From assembly GCA_040285825.1 (NCBI GenBank), contig JAUPSS010000003.1, forward strand, positions 1,240,001 through 1,304,000: a DNA stretch of 64,000 bases, written 5' to 3'. The notes below the pieces were generated by a model. That model worked only from the letters and a program-made list of their open reading frames with translations, searched no databases and had not been told where the DNA came from. This DNA is from Eukaryota sp. TZLM1-RC. Taxonomy: Eukaryota; Protista; Metamonada: BaSk clade. Positions 8,523 through 20,503 of the stretch are shown here, piece after piece (position 1 is the first letter of the stretch; the number at the start of each line of letters is the position of its first letter). Made by a program: the position numbers and the translations under genes.

Positions 8523-11330
8523 ATGCCTAACTTTCTCTTTTCAAAAGAGGAACTGGTCTCAATGGTCAAGGATCAAAATTATTCGCTCTTGGAGAGCTTT
8601 GGTCACCAACAAGGAGTTGCTCAAGGTCTTTCCACTGACCTCAAAAACGGGCTCTCCAAAGAGGAACAACTGTCTTATTTTGCTGCCAGATTATCCACTT
8701 TTGGAGCTAATAAACTTCCTCAGAGCACACCCACTAGCTTCTTTTCTCTTGTTATACAGGCTCTCAATGATATCACGCTAATTATCCTTATCATTGCTGC
8801 ATTTGTCTCAATCACCTTGGGTTTATTGTTTCACGTGGATGGAGAAGATGATCACACGTATATAGAAGGCTTAGCCATATTATTCGCTGTTGTTGTAGTT
8901 ACTTTTGTTGCTGCACTCAATGATTATCAAAAAGAAAAACAGTTTAGATCCTTAAATGAGGCAGAAGCAGATAAAGAAGTTTCTGTAATTCGTTATGGAA
9001 AAGTATTCCAAATCTCTGTATTCTCTCTCTTAGTTGGGGATTTGGTTGTGCTCAGATCTGGTGACGTCATCTCTTGTGATGGTCTTGTTGTTTCCAGCTC
9101 ACAATTGACGATTGATGAATCATCAATGACTGGAGAATCTGATGCTGTTAATAAATCTGCCACAAAACCTTTCCTCCTTGCCGGTACCACTGTTATCAAT
9201 GGCTCTGGAACGATGCTAGTGACTGGCGTTGGTGAATCGACTGAATACGGTAACCTGCTCACAGGATTATCGTTAAATGAAAAGCAAAGTACACCACTGC
9301 AGGCAAAACTGACAAAGCTAGCGACTGATATTGGTAAAATAGGGATTGCTTTTGCTTTATTGACTTTTTTTGCTCTTCTTATTCCGTTTGTTTTTAACCT
9401 ACAAGAAGAACACGATTTACCCTTTATTATGGCTAACTTTACTAATTTTCTAGTCGTGGCCATCACTATTGTTGTAGTTGCTGTCCCAGAAGGCCTTCCA
9501 TTAGCAGTTACTATTTCTCTCGCTTATTCAGTCAAAAAAATGATGAAATTAAATAATCTTGTCCGTCATTTAGATGCTTGTGAAACTATTGGGTCTGCTA
9601 CTGTCATTTGCAGTGATAAGACTGGCACCTTGACTCAGAACCAAATGACAGTGGTTACTGGTCAGATTGGGCTTTTATATTACGAAACTTTACCAAAACT
9701 GAGTGTCCTTCCTAGAATACCTTCTTCATTATTAATCGACGGCATTTCCCTCAACTCTGACGCCTATCTCACCAAGGGGGAGAACGGTTTGGATAGAACA
9801 ATTGGGAGTCCTACAGAAGGCGCTCTGTTAAGTCTCCTTACCCAGTGGGGAGTAGATTTTGAGAGAATTAGAGAAGATTGCGAAAAGATTTCTACCCAGA
9901 CTTTTAATTCTAAAACCAAGCAAATGTCAACTATAGCGAAGAGTTCGTTTAACCAATCTGTTTATCTTCACATTAAGGGTGCTTCAGAGAGCGTTCTTCC
10001 TATGACCAAGTATTATCTTAACGAACAAGGGTTACCAGAGCCACTTACTCTAGCCTTGCAGAATAAGATGCAGGAGAGAATTAAGGATTTTGCCATTAAT
10101 GGATTGAGAACGATTGTTTTGGCTTGCAAAGATGTTTCTAATGAACCCCGCAATTCACTTTCTTCAGAATCATACACATCTGATGACCTCTGTTTTCTTG
10201 CAATCTTTGGAATTAAAGATCCTGCTAGAGTAGAAGTCCCCAGAGCCATTCAACAGTGTAGAAGGGCTGGCATTCAGGTAAAGATGGTGAGTGGGGATTT
10301 GCTTATGACTTGTAAACAAATTGCTACTGAAGTGGGCATTTTGACTGATGGAATTGCAATTGAAGCAAAAGATTTTCGAAACTTGAACGACAAGGAAATG
10401 GTGGAAATCTTACCCAGACTTCAAGTTTTAGCTAGAAGCCAACCTTCTGATAAGCAACTACTTGTGTCAAAGTTAAAGTTGCTTGGGGAGGTCTGCGCCG
10501 TCACTGGTGATGGAACTAATGATGCATCTGCTCTGAAAAAAGCAGATGTAGGTCTGGCCATGGGAATTCAAGGGACTTCTGTGGCAAAAGAGGCTAGTGA
10601 TATCATCATTTTAGATGATTCATTTGCATCCATTGTCAACTGTGTCCATTTCGGAAGAACTGTTTATAGAAATATTCAGAAATTTATTCAGTTTCAATTG
10701 ACTGTTAATCTTGTTGCTTTAATTCTATCTTTTCTTTCGGCCGTCACCCAAAAAGGGTTACCTATGAATCCAGTACAGTTGCTTTGGATTAATCTCATAA
10801 TGGACTCACTTGCTGCATTGGCCTTGGCTACTGAGCAGCCTACACCTGATCTCATGGAAGCTAGCCCTCCAAGGGTTAAGGATTCATTAATTAGTAAAGT
10901 AATGGTAAGGAATATTGTTGGACAGTGTGTCTTTCAGCTTTCAGTCCTTTTAATTTTACTTTATTATGGACATTTGTTTTTAAATGTTGAAGATGAATCA
11001 CTTTATCATTATACTTTTATTTTTACGACTTTTGTTTTTTGTCAAGTCTTTAATGAATTAAATTGTCGAAAGATTAGCAAGTCGAACGGTTCAATTTTTG
11101 ATAATTTACTTGGGAATAGGTTGTTTGTATTTGTTGTTGTTGGGACCATTATTGTTCAAATCGTCTTGGTGTCGGTTGGAGGGCAATTAACAAGAACCGT
11201 CCCTTTATCTCTAACTGCCTGGGTGGTTGCAATTGGTATAGGAATGCTTTCCATTCCAGTTGCTTGGTTTGTACAAATGATTGATGTAGATAAGAAAAGT
11301 GATGCCTTAAAGTATCGACTTGTACAATAG
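8523..11330 (+). CDS. PMCA: P-type Ca2+-ATPase, P2B (PMCA/Pmc1 type)
   Basis: 935 aa; TGES, PEGLPLA, DKTGTLT, KGASE, TGDGTND, QLLWINLIMD; no long C-terminal calmodulin-binding tail. Confidence 0.96.
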   Translation: MPNFLFSKEELVSMVKDQNYSLLESFGHQQGVAQGLSTDLKNGLSKEEQLSYFAARLSTFGANKLPQSTPTSFFSLVIQALNDITLIILIIAAFVSITLGLLFHVDGEDDHTYIEGLAILFAVVVVTFVAALNDYQKEKQFRSLNEAEADKEVSVIRYGKVFQISVFSLLVGDLVVLRSGDVISCDGLVVSSSQLTIDESSMTGESDAVNKSATKPFLLAGTTVINGSGTMLVTGVGESTEYGNLLTGLSLNEKQSTPLQAKLTKLATDIGKIGIAFALLTFFALLIPFVFNLQEEHDLPFIMANFTNFLVVAITIVVVAVPEGLPLAVTISLAYSVKKMMKLNNLVRHLDACETIGSATVICSDKTGTLTQNQMTVVTGQIGLLYYETLPKLSVLPRIPSSLLIDGISLNSDAYLTKGENGLDRTIGSPTEGALLSLLTQWGVDFERIREDCEKISTQTFNSKTKQMSTIAKSSFNQSVYLHIKGASESVLPMTKYYLNEQGLPEPLTLALQNKMQERIKDFAINGLRTIVLACKDVSNEPRNSLSSESYTSDDLCFLAIFGIKDPARVEVPRAIQQCRRAGIQVKMVSGDLLMTCKQIATEVGILTDGIAIEAKDFRNLNDKEMVEILPRLQVLARSQPSDKQLLVSKLKLLGEVCAVTGDGTNDASALKKADVGLAMGIQGTSVAKEASDIIILDDSFASIVNCVHFGRTVYRNIQKFIQFQLTVNLVALILSFLSAVTQKGLPMNPVQLLWINLIMDSLAALALATEQPTPDLMEASPPRVKDSLISKVMVRNIVGQCVFQLSVLLILLYYGHLFLNVEDESLYHYTFIFTTFVFCQVFNELNCRKISKSNGSIFDNLLGNRLFVFVVVGTIIVQIVLVSVGGQLTRTVPLSLTAWVVAIGIGMLSIPVAWFVQMIDVDKKSDALKYRLVQ

Positions 11331-11602
11331 TTTTTAGTTTTCATCAGAAGTTTTTTTGTCAGGATTTTTTTAATTTAGACATTTGTAAATGTGCTTTTAC
11401 AATTTTAGCACATTTATTTAGTTTTTTCCGTCTCTAATAAAGTTTTTACTTTTCTGTAGCTCGAAACATTCTTGGCAAATAGTATTGGAGCATCACACAG
11501 CGTACATTAGTGAGACATCTACATAGATGTTGAAATTCCTGAAGTCACTCTGAATTGAAATTCCCAAATAATAGCACATCTCCCCATAGCACCATATCAC
11601 GG

Positions 11603-14600
11603 ATGATATCTGGAGATCTCACAGACCTCATCACAGACCTCCGATTAGCAGAACTACCGTATGAGCTCGTATCTAGCTTCACTTGTATACACTTTTCTGA
11701 TAGAGACTCAGTAATCTTATCTGAACTTTTTGATGATACAGACACAAATGTCCTCCAACAGCTTTGTTCTGCTATTCAATCACAAACAGAAGAATCTTTC
11801 CTCTTATCATTCCGTGACGCCAATGTCGATCCTCTAGCTCTTATTGTTGCGCTCAGTTACTTTCTTGTGGATCGTTCAATGCTTTCTCTCCTTTCCATCA
11901 AGGCCTACCTTTCCATTTTGGTCATGTCCTCCTCCAACGCAACTCGATTTTCCAATGTGTTCTTTGTCCAAGAATGCCTCGTCTTATTGGAACATTTCAC
12001 TCCACTCCTACATGAGGATACAGTTGATGTTTTCACCACCATATTGGCTTTGCTTTCCCATTTATCACCGTTATTTGCCAGAAACGAACAATTATTGACA
12101 AAGTATTTGTCAACTCTAACTACCATTTGCTCCTTTCCTTTTTCTTTTCAAAAATCAGATTTTCCTTTACCATCTGATCTTTTTTCCAATAATCAGATCA
12201 TATCACTTCCTTTCCCCTGCATTGAAGCATTCAATTGCCTTTTTTCTATTTGGAGTTATTTTAACCAATATTTAATAGATGTTGATGAAGAATTATTGGG
12301 AAATGTAGATGAATCTGATGAAGATGTTGTTAATTTCTTTTACAAGTTGTATGGTTCATTTGTACCAAGTTTGTTACTTTGTCCTACTGATTTAACCAAG
12401 AATGAACCCAAAACTGTTCTAACTCCACATTTGCTAGTTGTTAGTTCAATATTTTGTCAAATTGTGCAATATTTCGCCAAAATTCCCTCTGATCTTCTCT
12501 TTGATCCTGTCTTATCTCTATTACGAACTCTTTTGTCAAAATGCCCTCCAAGAGCAGATTGTAGGTCAAATGTATGCGAGATTCTGACCCTCCTTATTGA
12601 GCCACTTTCAGTACGTTATCAGTCAATCAAAATTTTGATCAGTTTCCTTTTACGTTTGACCCGCAATCAAACAGTTTCCAGTCGTTTGATTTCCGTTGAC
12701 GGTCTAGCCTCATTGTTGCCGTTTCTCTTGAATCCAAGCAACTTTGATGGTGAATCTTTCTATGACCTGTTTTGTGAAATTTTCCCTTCTGCGTTTGAAC
12801 GTTTGGCTGACGTATCTCCGTTTGTGAGAATCAGAAGTATTCATTTTTTAATTTCATTGTTCAAAATTTTGAAAAGTTCTACTGATCCAACGTTGATCTC
12901 TTCTATATTCAACTCTTTTTTAACCCCTGATGCACTCGACTCTATCATCATACGTCTACATGATCCAAAACCTTCTGTAAGGAAGACCGCTGTTTGCCTC
13001 CTTCCACATATTCTATTCCATCCTTCGACTCTTTCTTGCTTTAGAACCATGACATTTGATTGTTCTGCTGTGGTGAGAAAGCAAACTATTGTCGAATTGG
13101 GAAATCTTTTGGAACGATTTGACGAGGTTGGGGCTTCAACTCTTAGTGAGATTGGAATCACTGAAGATAGTGTTGATTGTTTGGTTCGAATTTTTGTAGA
13201 AAATATTCTCACGTTGTCTAATGATTCGGAAGCCTCTGTTAAATTAGCAATTATCAATAGTTTGCGTAATTTAATTCTTTCAAAAATTGGTCACGTTGAT
13301 CTTGAAGTTTCTTCGGTTTTCACAAGAATTCTTCGGTTTTTGAACCATTCTCATATTCCTCATCTTCATAATTTGATTGAATTTTTGATTGCCAAAGAAA
13401 AAGACAAGAAGCTTAACCTTTCCCAGGCCTTAAACTTTAACGAATCGATATCTGATGATTTTTTGAAAGGATTGCTGATTATATCAGTAGCTGTCTCTCG
13501 TTTTTTCCAAATCAAATTTCCCCTTGCATTACTCGAATCATCAATCATGCGTTTTCCTTTAATCATGAGCTACTTTTTTGATCCTAAATCACATTCAATC
13601 TCTCTTGTATCATCAAGGGCAACCAGCAATCTTATCTCCAGCTGCAAGGTTTCCCTTCAAGACACTTTCACCAACCCCAACCAAGCTCACTGCCTCATGA
13701 AGTGTTTATTCTTATTGAGTGATGATTCAATTACTAATTGGTGTGAAGGACTGCTGGAGAATTTGGCCATTGTTTTTGTAGAAACTTTTACGAATTTTGT
13801 CCAAAATAAGATTCACAACATTGACCAAAAGGTCGTCTGTAATCAATTATTTTTGATTGGCGAACTTTCTCTTGTAGTCAAAGTTAACCTTAAACTACTT
13901 GATCAAGTAGTTTCTATTCTTCATACCATTATAACCCCTGGGCAGTTACAGGCCGTCCCGGGTTCAATTCCCGGTGGTGCCACTTTTGAAGATTTAATTG
14001 CTCATTCTATTATAACCTTGGGTAAATTAATGTCAGTGTCAGAAGCAATTGCAAAGAAATCAGTAAATATCCTAGGTGCTCTTCTTGGAACAATCAAATC
14101 ATCAATCAAACCTGTTCCAATCACATCATCAAAAATAAGGGCAAACATTCTCATCGTCTTTTCCAACCTTTGTCAACGTTTCCCTGGACTTGTAGATGCC
14201 AGACTACAAGCAATCACTCAATGCTTGGCAGACGAATCTCTTGAAGTTTCTAAGGCAGCCTTGGCAGTAATTTCTTTAGGTCTAAAAGAAGATTTCCTTA
14301 AACTTCGACCAGCTCTTTATTTTAGGTTACTCTTTGCCTCTACGAGAGCACACTTAGCCGGGATAACAAGGGCTGTCATCTTCAGCGCTGTTGTCAATAG
14401 GTCACAAAGAAAAGGATTTTTAGTCGCTCAATTCGTTGACAGTTTATTTGTATTGAATGGACTCAACCCTTATAAACAAGGTTCCACATCAGCTTACTTT
14501 GAGATGCTACACGATGATGTTGGCATGTTCTCTTTACAGGGCACTTCCAATTCTGGAAAAAGAAGGTCTGCATATGCCACTGTGTTACAATTCCTTTCCG

Positions 14601-15427
14601 ATTCTGATAAGTTTAATGTGGCTAACAAGGTAGTTGAACTTTTAGGGGAATTTGCTGCTGGGGAGTTTTCTGTTATTGATCACGCAGATGTGATTTCTGA
14701 TTGCTTTTCAATTGTTTGTTCGAAAGAGGTTCGAATGGCCTCAATCTCTGATGTTGTTTCTGACAAACAGACTGATGTTGATGATTCTGAATCTCGTATT
14801 GATCAAGCAAATCAGCGAATGGTTACATCCCTGCTACGACAGAATCTGGCAGAACTTATTGTCCCAACATTTGCCTCTTTAAGAGTGAAATTGGGTCAGT
14901 ATAACAGCCCTTTATTAGGAGAATTGTTCGAGTGTTTGAATATCCTGCTGGACGAATTCTCCAATGATTTGGAGAAGGTTTTAGTTTCTGATAAACAGTT
15001 TGCTGATGAGGTTTTGCTAGAGAGAAGACTCAAAAAGGGAGATGAACATTCCTCTCCTGACCATGTTACTCCTGGTAGACGCTCTTTGGGAACACCTCAT
15101 CTCAATAAACTTAATCCTGAGGTTGTGTCTTCTGCAATGGTCAAGCTTTCTGCTGCCTCTATAGCAAGGTCACGAGTTCAATCCTCAGCCAGGACAAATT
15201 CTTCAAGACATGTTGCCACTCCACTTAGATCAGTTGATGGTGCTCCGGTTGCTTTGGAATCACCCGGTGTTCACCAGGTTGTCAGAAGGGATAGGGACAT
15301 TGAAGAGGAAGAAGAAGAAATTAGTGCTGTTCAGATTGCAGTTCCAAAACCACAATCAAAATCAAAGAAAAAGACAGATAAACCACCAGCCAGAAGAAGT
15401 TCACGGTTGAGGCGCAAGAATAAATAA
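11603..15427 (+). CDS. NCAPD3: Condensin HEAT subunit, most like condensin II CAP-D3
   Basis: About 1274 aa from first ATG; HEAT repeats (DVSPFVR, DPKPSVRKTA, DCSAVVRKQ, DSEASVK); Cnd1-like AHSIITLGKL, RANILIV..LC.RF..LVD, EDFLKLR. Confidence 0.8.
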   Translation: MISGDLTDLITDLRLAELPYELVSSFTCIHFSDRDSVILSELFDDTDTNVLQQLCSAIQSQTEESFLLSFRDANVDPLALIVALSYFLVDRSMLSLLSIKAYLSILVMSSSNATRFSNVFFVQECLVLLEHFTPLLHEDTVDVFTTILALLSHLSPLFARNEQLLTKYLSTLTTICSFPFSFQKSDFPLPSDLFSNNQIISLPFPCIEAFNCLFSIWSYFNQYLIDVDEELLGNVDESDEDVVNFFYKLYGSFVPSLLLCPTDLTKNEPKTVLTPHLLVVSSIFCQIVQYFAKIPSDLLFDPVLSLLRTLLSKCPPRADCRSNVCEILTLLIEPLSVRYQSIKILISFLLRLTRNQTVSSRLISVDGLASLLPFLLNPSNFDGESFYDLFCEIFPSAFERLADVSPFVRIRSIHFLISLFKILKSSTDPTLISSIFNSFLTPDALDSIIIRLHDPKPSVRKTAVCLLPHILFHPSTLSCFRTMTFDCSAVVRKQTIVELGNLLERFDEVGASTLSEIGITEDSVDCLVRIFVENILTLSNDSEASVKLAIINSLRNLILSKIGHVDLEVSSVFTRILRFLNHSHIPHLHNLIEFLIAKEKDKKLNLSQALNFNESISDDFLKGLLIISVAVSRFFQIKFPLALLESSIMRFPLIMSYFFDPKSHSISLVSSRATSNLISSCKVSLQDTFTNPNQAHCLMKCLFLLSDDSITNWCEGLLENLAIVFVETFTNFVQNKIHNIDQKVVCNQLFLIGELSLVVKVNLKLLDQVVSILHTIITPGQLQAVPGSIPGGATFEDLIAHSIITLGKLMSVSEAIAKKSVNILGALLGTIKSSIKPVPITSSKIRANILIVFSNLCQRFPGLVDARLQAITQCLADESLEVSKAALAVISLGLKEDFLKLRPALYFRLLFASTRAHLAGITRAVIFSAVVNRSQRKGFLVAQFVDSLFVLNGLNPYKQGSTSAYFEMLHDDVGMFSLQGTSNSGKRRSAYATVLQFLSDSDKFNVANKVVELLGEFAAGEFSVIDHADVISDCFSIVCSKEVRMASISDVVSDKQTDVDDSESRIDQANQRMVTSLLRQNLAELIVPTFASLRVKLGQYNSPLLGELFECLNILLDEFSNDLEKVLVSDKQFADEVLLERRLKKGDEHSSPDHVTPGRRSLGTPHLNKLNPEVVSSAMVKLSAASIARSRVQSSARTNSSRHVATPLRSVDGAPVALESPGVHQVVRRDRDIEEEEEEISAVQIAVPKPQSKSKKKTDKPPARRSSRLRRKNK

Positions 15428-15830
15428 CTATTTTCTAAATTATTTAATAAACTATGTATTTTTATTTTAGTGTTTATTGTCTGTTTTTATTACATTTTTT
15501 CCTTTTTATTGCACAATTTTAGTGAATTATAAGCAATAAATAATAGTTAATGTTTAAGCAAATTGATAACAGTTTGAACTTGGGATTCGACAAACAAACA
15601 CAAAAGGTGCAAGACTGAAGGTGACAAGATGTGTAAATAAGTTCTTGCATCTTTTTTTTTATTTATTTTGTAAGTTTGATTGCTTTGGGCTGAAAACTTA
15701 TGCCATCCAACTTATTAACCCCCTACTGTCTTTAATTCACCACTTACAACAACATAAATTGACATTCTATGTTATATGGCATGTTAAGCACAAATTTTCA
15801 TTGTTGATTAAAAAAATTTGACCACAAACG

Positions 15831-18615
15831 ATTTTTTTTTATTTTTAATTTTTATTACAATAAAAAACAAACTATACGACAAGGTTAAAATTCTATGTCT
15901 TTATAACCCAAATCAGCCAAGAAGAATTGACTGGAGGTTATTCTTTCATAAACGCGTCCAAGAGATAACAAAGCTGAAGATAATAAGGGAACAACACCAT
16001 TGAAAATTGAAAATACAATTATGTTTTGCCAAAAACTCTTCCAGTACGTTGTTTCGCAATTTCAACAAAATCATCCAGAAAAGACAAAGCAAGAGGTCCA
16101 AGCGTGCCATGAAGGGAAACTGCAAATGGATAGAGGACATAATGAGTATGCGATTCTGCATTCAAGGATAACAATTTTGCTTTGTATTTGTGAATTTTGG
16201 CTTCTTCGGAAACAGTTAAGGGGTTCCTATATTTTGAATGAGCCATTGGAATAAAAGAATCATTACATACATCAGTGGATCTCACATCTGTAATAATGGT
16301 AGTACCTTCAAGACCTTCAAGCATTAAATCACCTCTGTTTCGACCAAACGAATTCAAAGCATCTTCATCAACCAAACGGGAAAGTAAAGGTTTTAAATAG
16401 GAAACAATTCTGTGAGACTTGACTTTGACATACAATAGAGTTGATCTCTTACCGCACCATGAACTTTTGATCGGAAAGTAATAAAATGTTTACAATTGAA
16501 TAAATGATTTGGAGAGATTTTTGATCCACACTTACAAATCACATTATGGGGCACGTTATCAGGCCAAATAAAACAACGAAGGCGCGTTGTTCAAGAAAAT
16601 TCGGTATCATTTAAAAGGAGACCATAAATTTGAGGAATCTGCGTAATTAAACACGAAGAGGAACTGTTTTGGGCATCTAAAAAAAAATTTGCGAAAGCGG
16701 GATTAACTTTTTTGGCCGAGCCAAGACGAATATCAAAATTCAAGCCTTCAAAAATTATTGTTAATTTTTGTTGCAATTTTTTAACACAATACCTCAAATT
16801 AACTAGTGTTCTAAATGGTATTTCCTGTACGTTGTCGGGAAAGCATTTACTCTAAATTTCAGAGGCCAAACAATCAAGAGCATTTTGCAGGTCCCTGAGA
16901 AAATTATTGCTTTTTCAATTCAATAAATTAATATCAATGGGAAAACGGTTGCAAAATTCAAACACAAAATTTTTCCCTCCACCAAGAAAAGCAGCCTAAC
17001 AAAGAATAGACGATTTAGTGAAATTAATTCCACCAAAATTAGATGATGAAAATACATGACTTCGAATTAGTTCAGGATTGACATCAATCAAAGATGCAAA
17101 AAATATTGTTCTCAAATAGTTAAATGAGCAGCAAAACACACGTGAAAAATCAGGAGATGTTGTTCTTAAAATGTGAGTGTTTTGCCGGAGTAGCAAATTT
17201 TTAAGATAAAAAACTTAATATGTTTCTCAATTTCAAATGACGAAATTGTATCAAGTTCAGAACCCAATTTCATTAAAAGATTATTCAATTCTTCAGTAAT
17301 TTTTGGAACATTTCCAAGCCATCATCCTAGGAAACGAAAAGCATCTGAGGAATAGTTAAGAAAAGGAATTTCAACACCATCAATGGTTAATCTATCTTTA
17401 ACATTCCCTATGAGGAGACATTTGTCGGCATTAAGCAAAAGACCAATATCTCTGTAAAACAGTGAGGCTTCAGAAGCAATTTCATTTAAAACGCTCTTGG
17501 AGCATCTCAGACGGCAACTTAGTAATGTCAATCATGTACTTTTTGGTTTTGTGCTGGTTGTTCAGTGTCTTTTTGGAGTATTGACTACTAGTAGTGGAGT
17601 AGTTGGATGAGGAATTTCTGAATTGTCGTAGTATTTAGCTCATTTAATAAATTTAAAACATTTAATGGACCAATAATTGAGATATCATCCATGTATCCTA
17701 CTATCTTCAACATCGGATAGCGATTACTGAATTGAATCAAAGACTTGTGATTTGCTAAACAAAAGAGTAATGGCCCAAGGGGATCACCTTACTTAAGTCC
17801 GGAAAACGAAAATAAAATATGAGATTCATAAATTAGTTCACTGGCTTTACCATAAAATAAATAAAAATAGCTGGATAATTCTGGAAATTCTTTTTGGGTA
17901 ATATCATAAACTGCACTTCGATCTACAGAATTGAAAGCATTGTTGAAATTTAAATTGAAATTATAATTCTGATCATTAGAATTAAAAAATAAATCAGAAG
18001 TCAATGCAGCAACTGATTCCCCATCAATTGTTTTAATTCCAAATTGAAAAGGTGCTTGGAAGCAACACGATTAAACACAATTGCAGCAAAAAGACGAGTA
18101 ATTGATTCGCCAATGGCATGTGGACGAATTCCATCTGGTTTCTTACCATTTCCAGGTTTTATTAAGGCAATCAATCGAGCAGCTAGTAATTCAGTCGGGG
18201 GAATGGAATTAAGACAAACTAGATTTTGAAAATATTCAGCAAGATCGTCACATATTTCTGGAGCTTTTCTGCAAGCGGATTTCAAAATATCAAATGAAAT
18301 ACCAGATGGACCTGCTGCTTTACCTTTGGGAAGATGGTTGATCGCAGTCTGTACTTCAGATGAATTTATCGGAGCATCAATCCAAAACATACAAATTTTT
18401 GGCTTCTGACAACAGAAATTTTCCACAGGATGAAGACTTGTCAATTTTCTAATTGTTTAATGATTAAAAAAGAGGGATATTATTTTGGTATCATTGCCTA
18501 AACAACTAGGAGAATAACGTTCAAACTGATGTTATCCACATCAAGACACTCATCATCACGTCTCTGTTTTCAAGACAATTGTCTCTGTTTTGATGACATC
18601 AACATGGAACACTTG
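15831..18615 (-). mobile_element. Decayed CRE-like (RLE) non-LTR retrotransposon
   Basis: KAAGPSG, IRP.AIGE..TRL, FNNAFNSV, GDPLGPLLF, YMDD, FRFLG, C-rich knuckle, RGDL...TDVR...EEAKIHKY endonuclease; A-rich 3' end near 15835; continues just beyond the solo LTR to about 18845. Confidence 0.88.
17493..17650. mobile_element. 158-bp insertion with 9-bp TSD inside the RT domain
   Basis: ATTTAAAAC at 17484-17492 and 17651-17659; removal restores YMDDISIIGPLNVLNEIASE. Confidence 0.75.
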
Positions 18616-18767
18616 TGTTAGCTGGAGCTAAACGTGACTTTCCTCTTTTGGAAAGAGGATCACGTCATCAATAGTTTAAATTGTATTTTGGTATATTTTT
18701 ATTTGATTTCTTATATTCTGTTCATAAACTTCTGTTTTTGTTTATGTTTAGTGCACGAAAAGCAACA
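18616..18767 (+). mobile_element. Solo LTR (152 bp) with 4-bp TSD
   Basis: TGTTAGCT...AGCAACA flanked by CTTG (18612-18615, 18768-18771); same sequence follows a PPT in each downstream repeat unit. Confidence 0.85.
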
Positions 18768-18856
18768 CTTGTTCTTAAAATTGGGATAGACAATGGTTCT
18801 CTAAAATATTCCCAAAATTTATTGAACTTTGGCAATCAACAAGGAAAATCGCTCAG

Positions 18857-20268
18857 TTGTTCACGATGCTGTTAGAGACCAACTATACGCTATGTGCAAA
18901 AGTCATCACATTGAAGCTTTTGCTGAAGCTCTTGTGCGTAACTTGTCATCTGAAAATGAAGATGAAGATCCTGATTCCTCCGCCTACACGCCCTGAGATC
19001 CTCTTGCTCGCCCACGGTTCCATCGAAGCCGGTCACCCTCCTTTTGCTCAATGCTGGAAGTCCCTTCAACAATCTGACTTTCACTGGCCCAACATGCGTA
19101 ATGACCTGTTGACCCATGTTAACTCTTGTATTCCTTGCCAGAAAACTGCCCCCGTCCCCAAGACTTCGATCTCTTCCACTGGATCTCTGAATTCCGTTCG
19201 CCGTCCTTTTGAGAGTTTGCATTGTGACTCTATTGGTCCGCTCTCAGCTGATACTTATGGCAATAAGTATATAGTCCATTTGTTGACGCATTCTCCAAAT
19301 TTAGCGTACTCGTCCCTACCAAGGACCTTAAGGCCACAACCATTGTTAATGCCCTGATTTCCTCTGTCTACTCTGTCTTTGGTGCCCCTCGTTGTATTCA
19401 CTCTGATAATGGCCCTGAATTTGCCAATAAGATATTTAGTTTGCTGTGCCAATTCTTGAACATCGATCACACCCAATCCCTGCCACACTATCACCAATCC
19501 AATGGCCTTGTTGAACGCCAACACCGAAGTTTCCTTCAGGTAATCCGACGTATGCTTTTTGATTTTTCAGACTACCACAATTGGTCTGACTATGTCCCTC
19601 TTTGCCAGATGGTTCTGAACTCCCAGGAAAGGAAAGCTCTGAACTCATCTCCGTATCGCCTCATTTTTGGATCTGACACCTCTCCTCGCTTGTTACCCAA
19701 TCAGCTCCTGAACTGTCTGTCCACTCACCCTCTCCCTCCTGACAAGCCTGAGTTCATAGAACATCTCGTGACTCTTACTAAGAAATTATTAGTCTCATGG
19801 GAAGCTGTAGCCCCGTCCTCTGTGCCCCTCCCCGTCAATGTACCCGAGCCTCCGTACCATCCTCAGGTCAATGATCGAGTTTTTGTTCTGCGCGAGAAGC
19901 CAGACAAACTACACGGTCACTTTGTGGGCCCCTACATCGTTCTAAAAGTCCTCTCCTCTGGCTCTCTCCTGGTCCAAAACCCCGTTTCAGGTTCGTCCCT
20001 CAAGACTGCCACCCACCTAGTAAAGCCCTGCTTGTCTTCATTGCCACCTGAGATTCTTAACGCCTATGTTGCTGCTGATTCCGGTGAGTTGATCCTGGAT
20101 GCGATAATAGATATCTCCGACGAATCCGCCACCGTTTTTTGGTCCGATGGAACCACCACCGTACAGCCTGTTTCCTCCATTAGGAATACTGCAGCCTATT
20201 CCAGATACAACAAGCTTGCTGACGATACTCCTAAATCCCGCCGAAAAAGAAAGAGAAGGCAGTGTTAG
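18857..20268 (+). pseudogene. Gypsy integrase copy 1 (1-nt frameshift near 19280)
   Basis: ccatttgttg vs ccattttgttg in copies 2 and 3; otherwise nearly identical. Confidence 0.85.
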
Positions 20269-20503
20269 CTGGAGCTAAACGTGACTTTCCTCTTTTGGAA
20301 AGAGGATCACGTCATCAATAGTTTAAATTGTATTTTAGTTTATTTTTATTTGATTTCTTATATTCTGTTCATAAATTTCTGTTTTTGTTTATGTTTAGTG
20401 CACGAAAAGCAACACTTGTTCTTAAAATTGGGATAGACAATGGTTCTCTAAAATATTCCCAAAATTTATTGAACTTTGGCAATCAACAAGGAAAATCGCT
20501 CAG

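Noticed and set aside
13910-13982. Complete tRNA gene
   Set aside because: Only T-arm and 3' acceptor strand; no D-arm or pairing 5' strand
18616-18969. 354-bp repeat as the true LTR
   Set aside because: The LTR ends at CA 18767 with TSD CTTG; the other about 200 bp are LINE-derived flank
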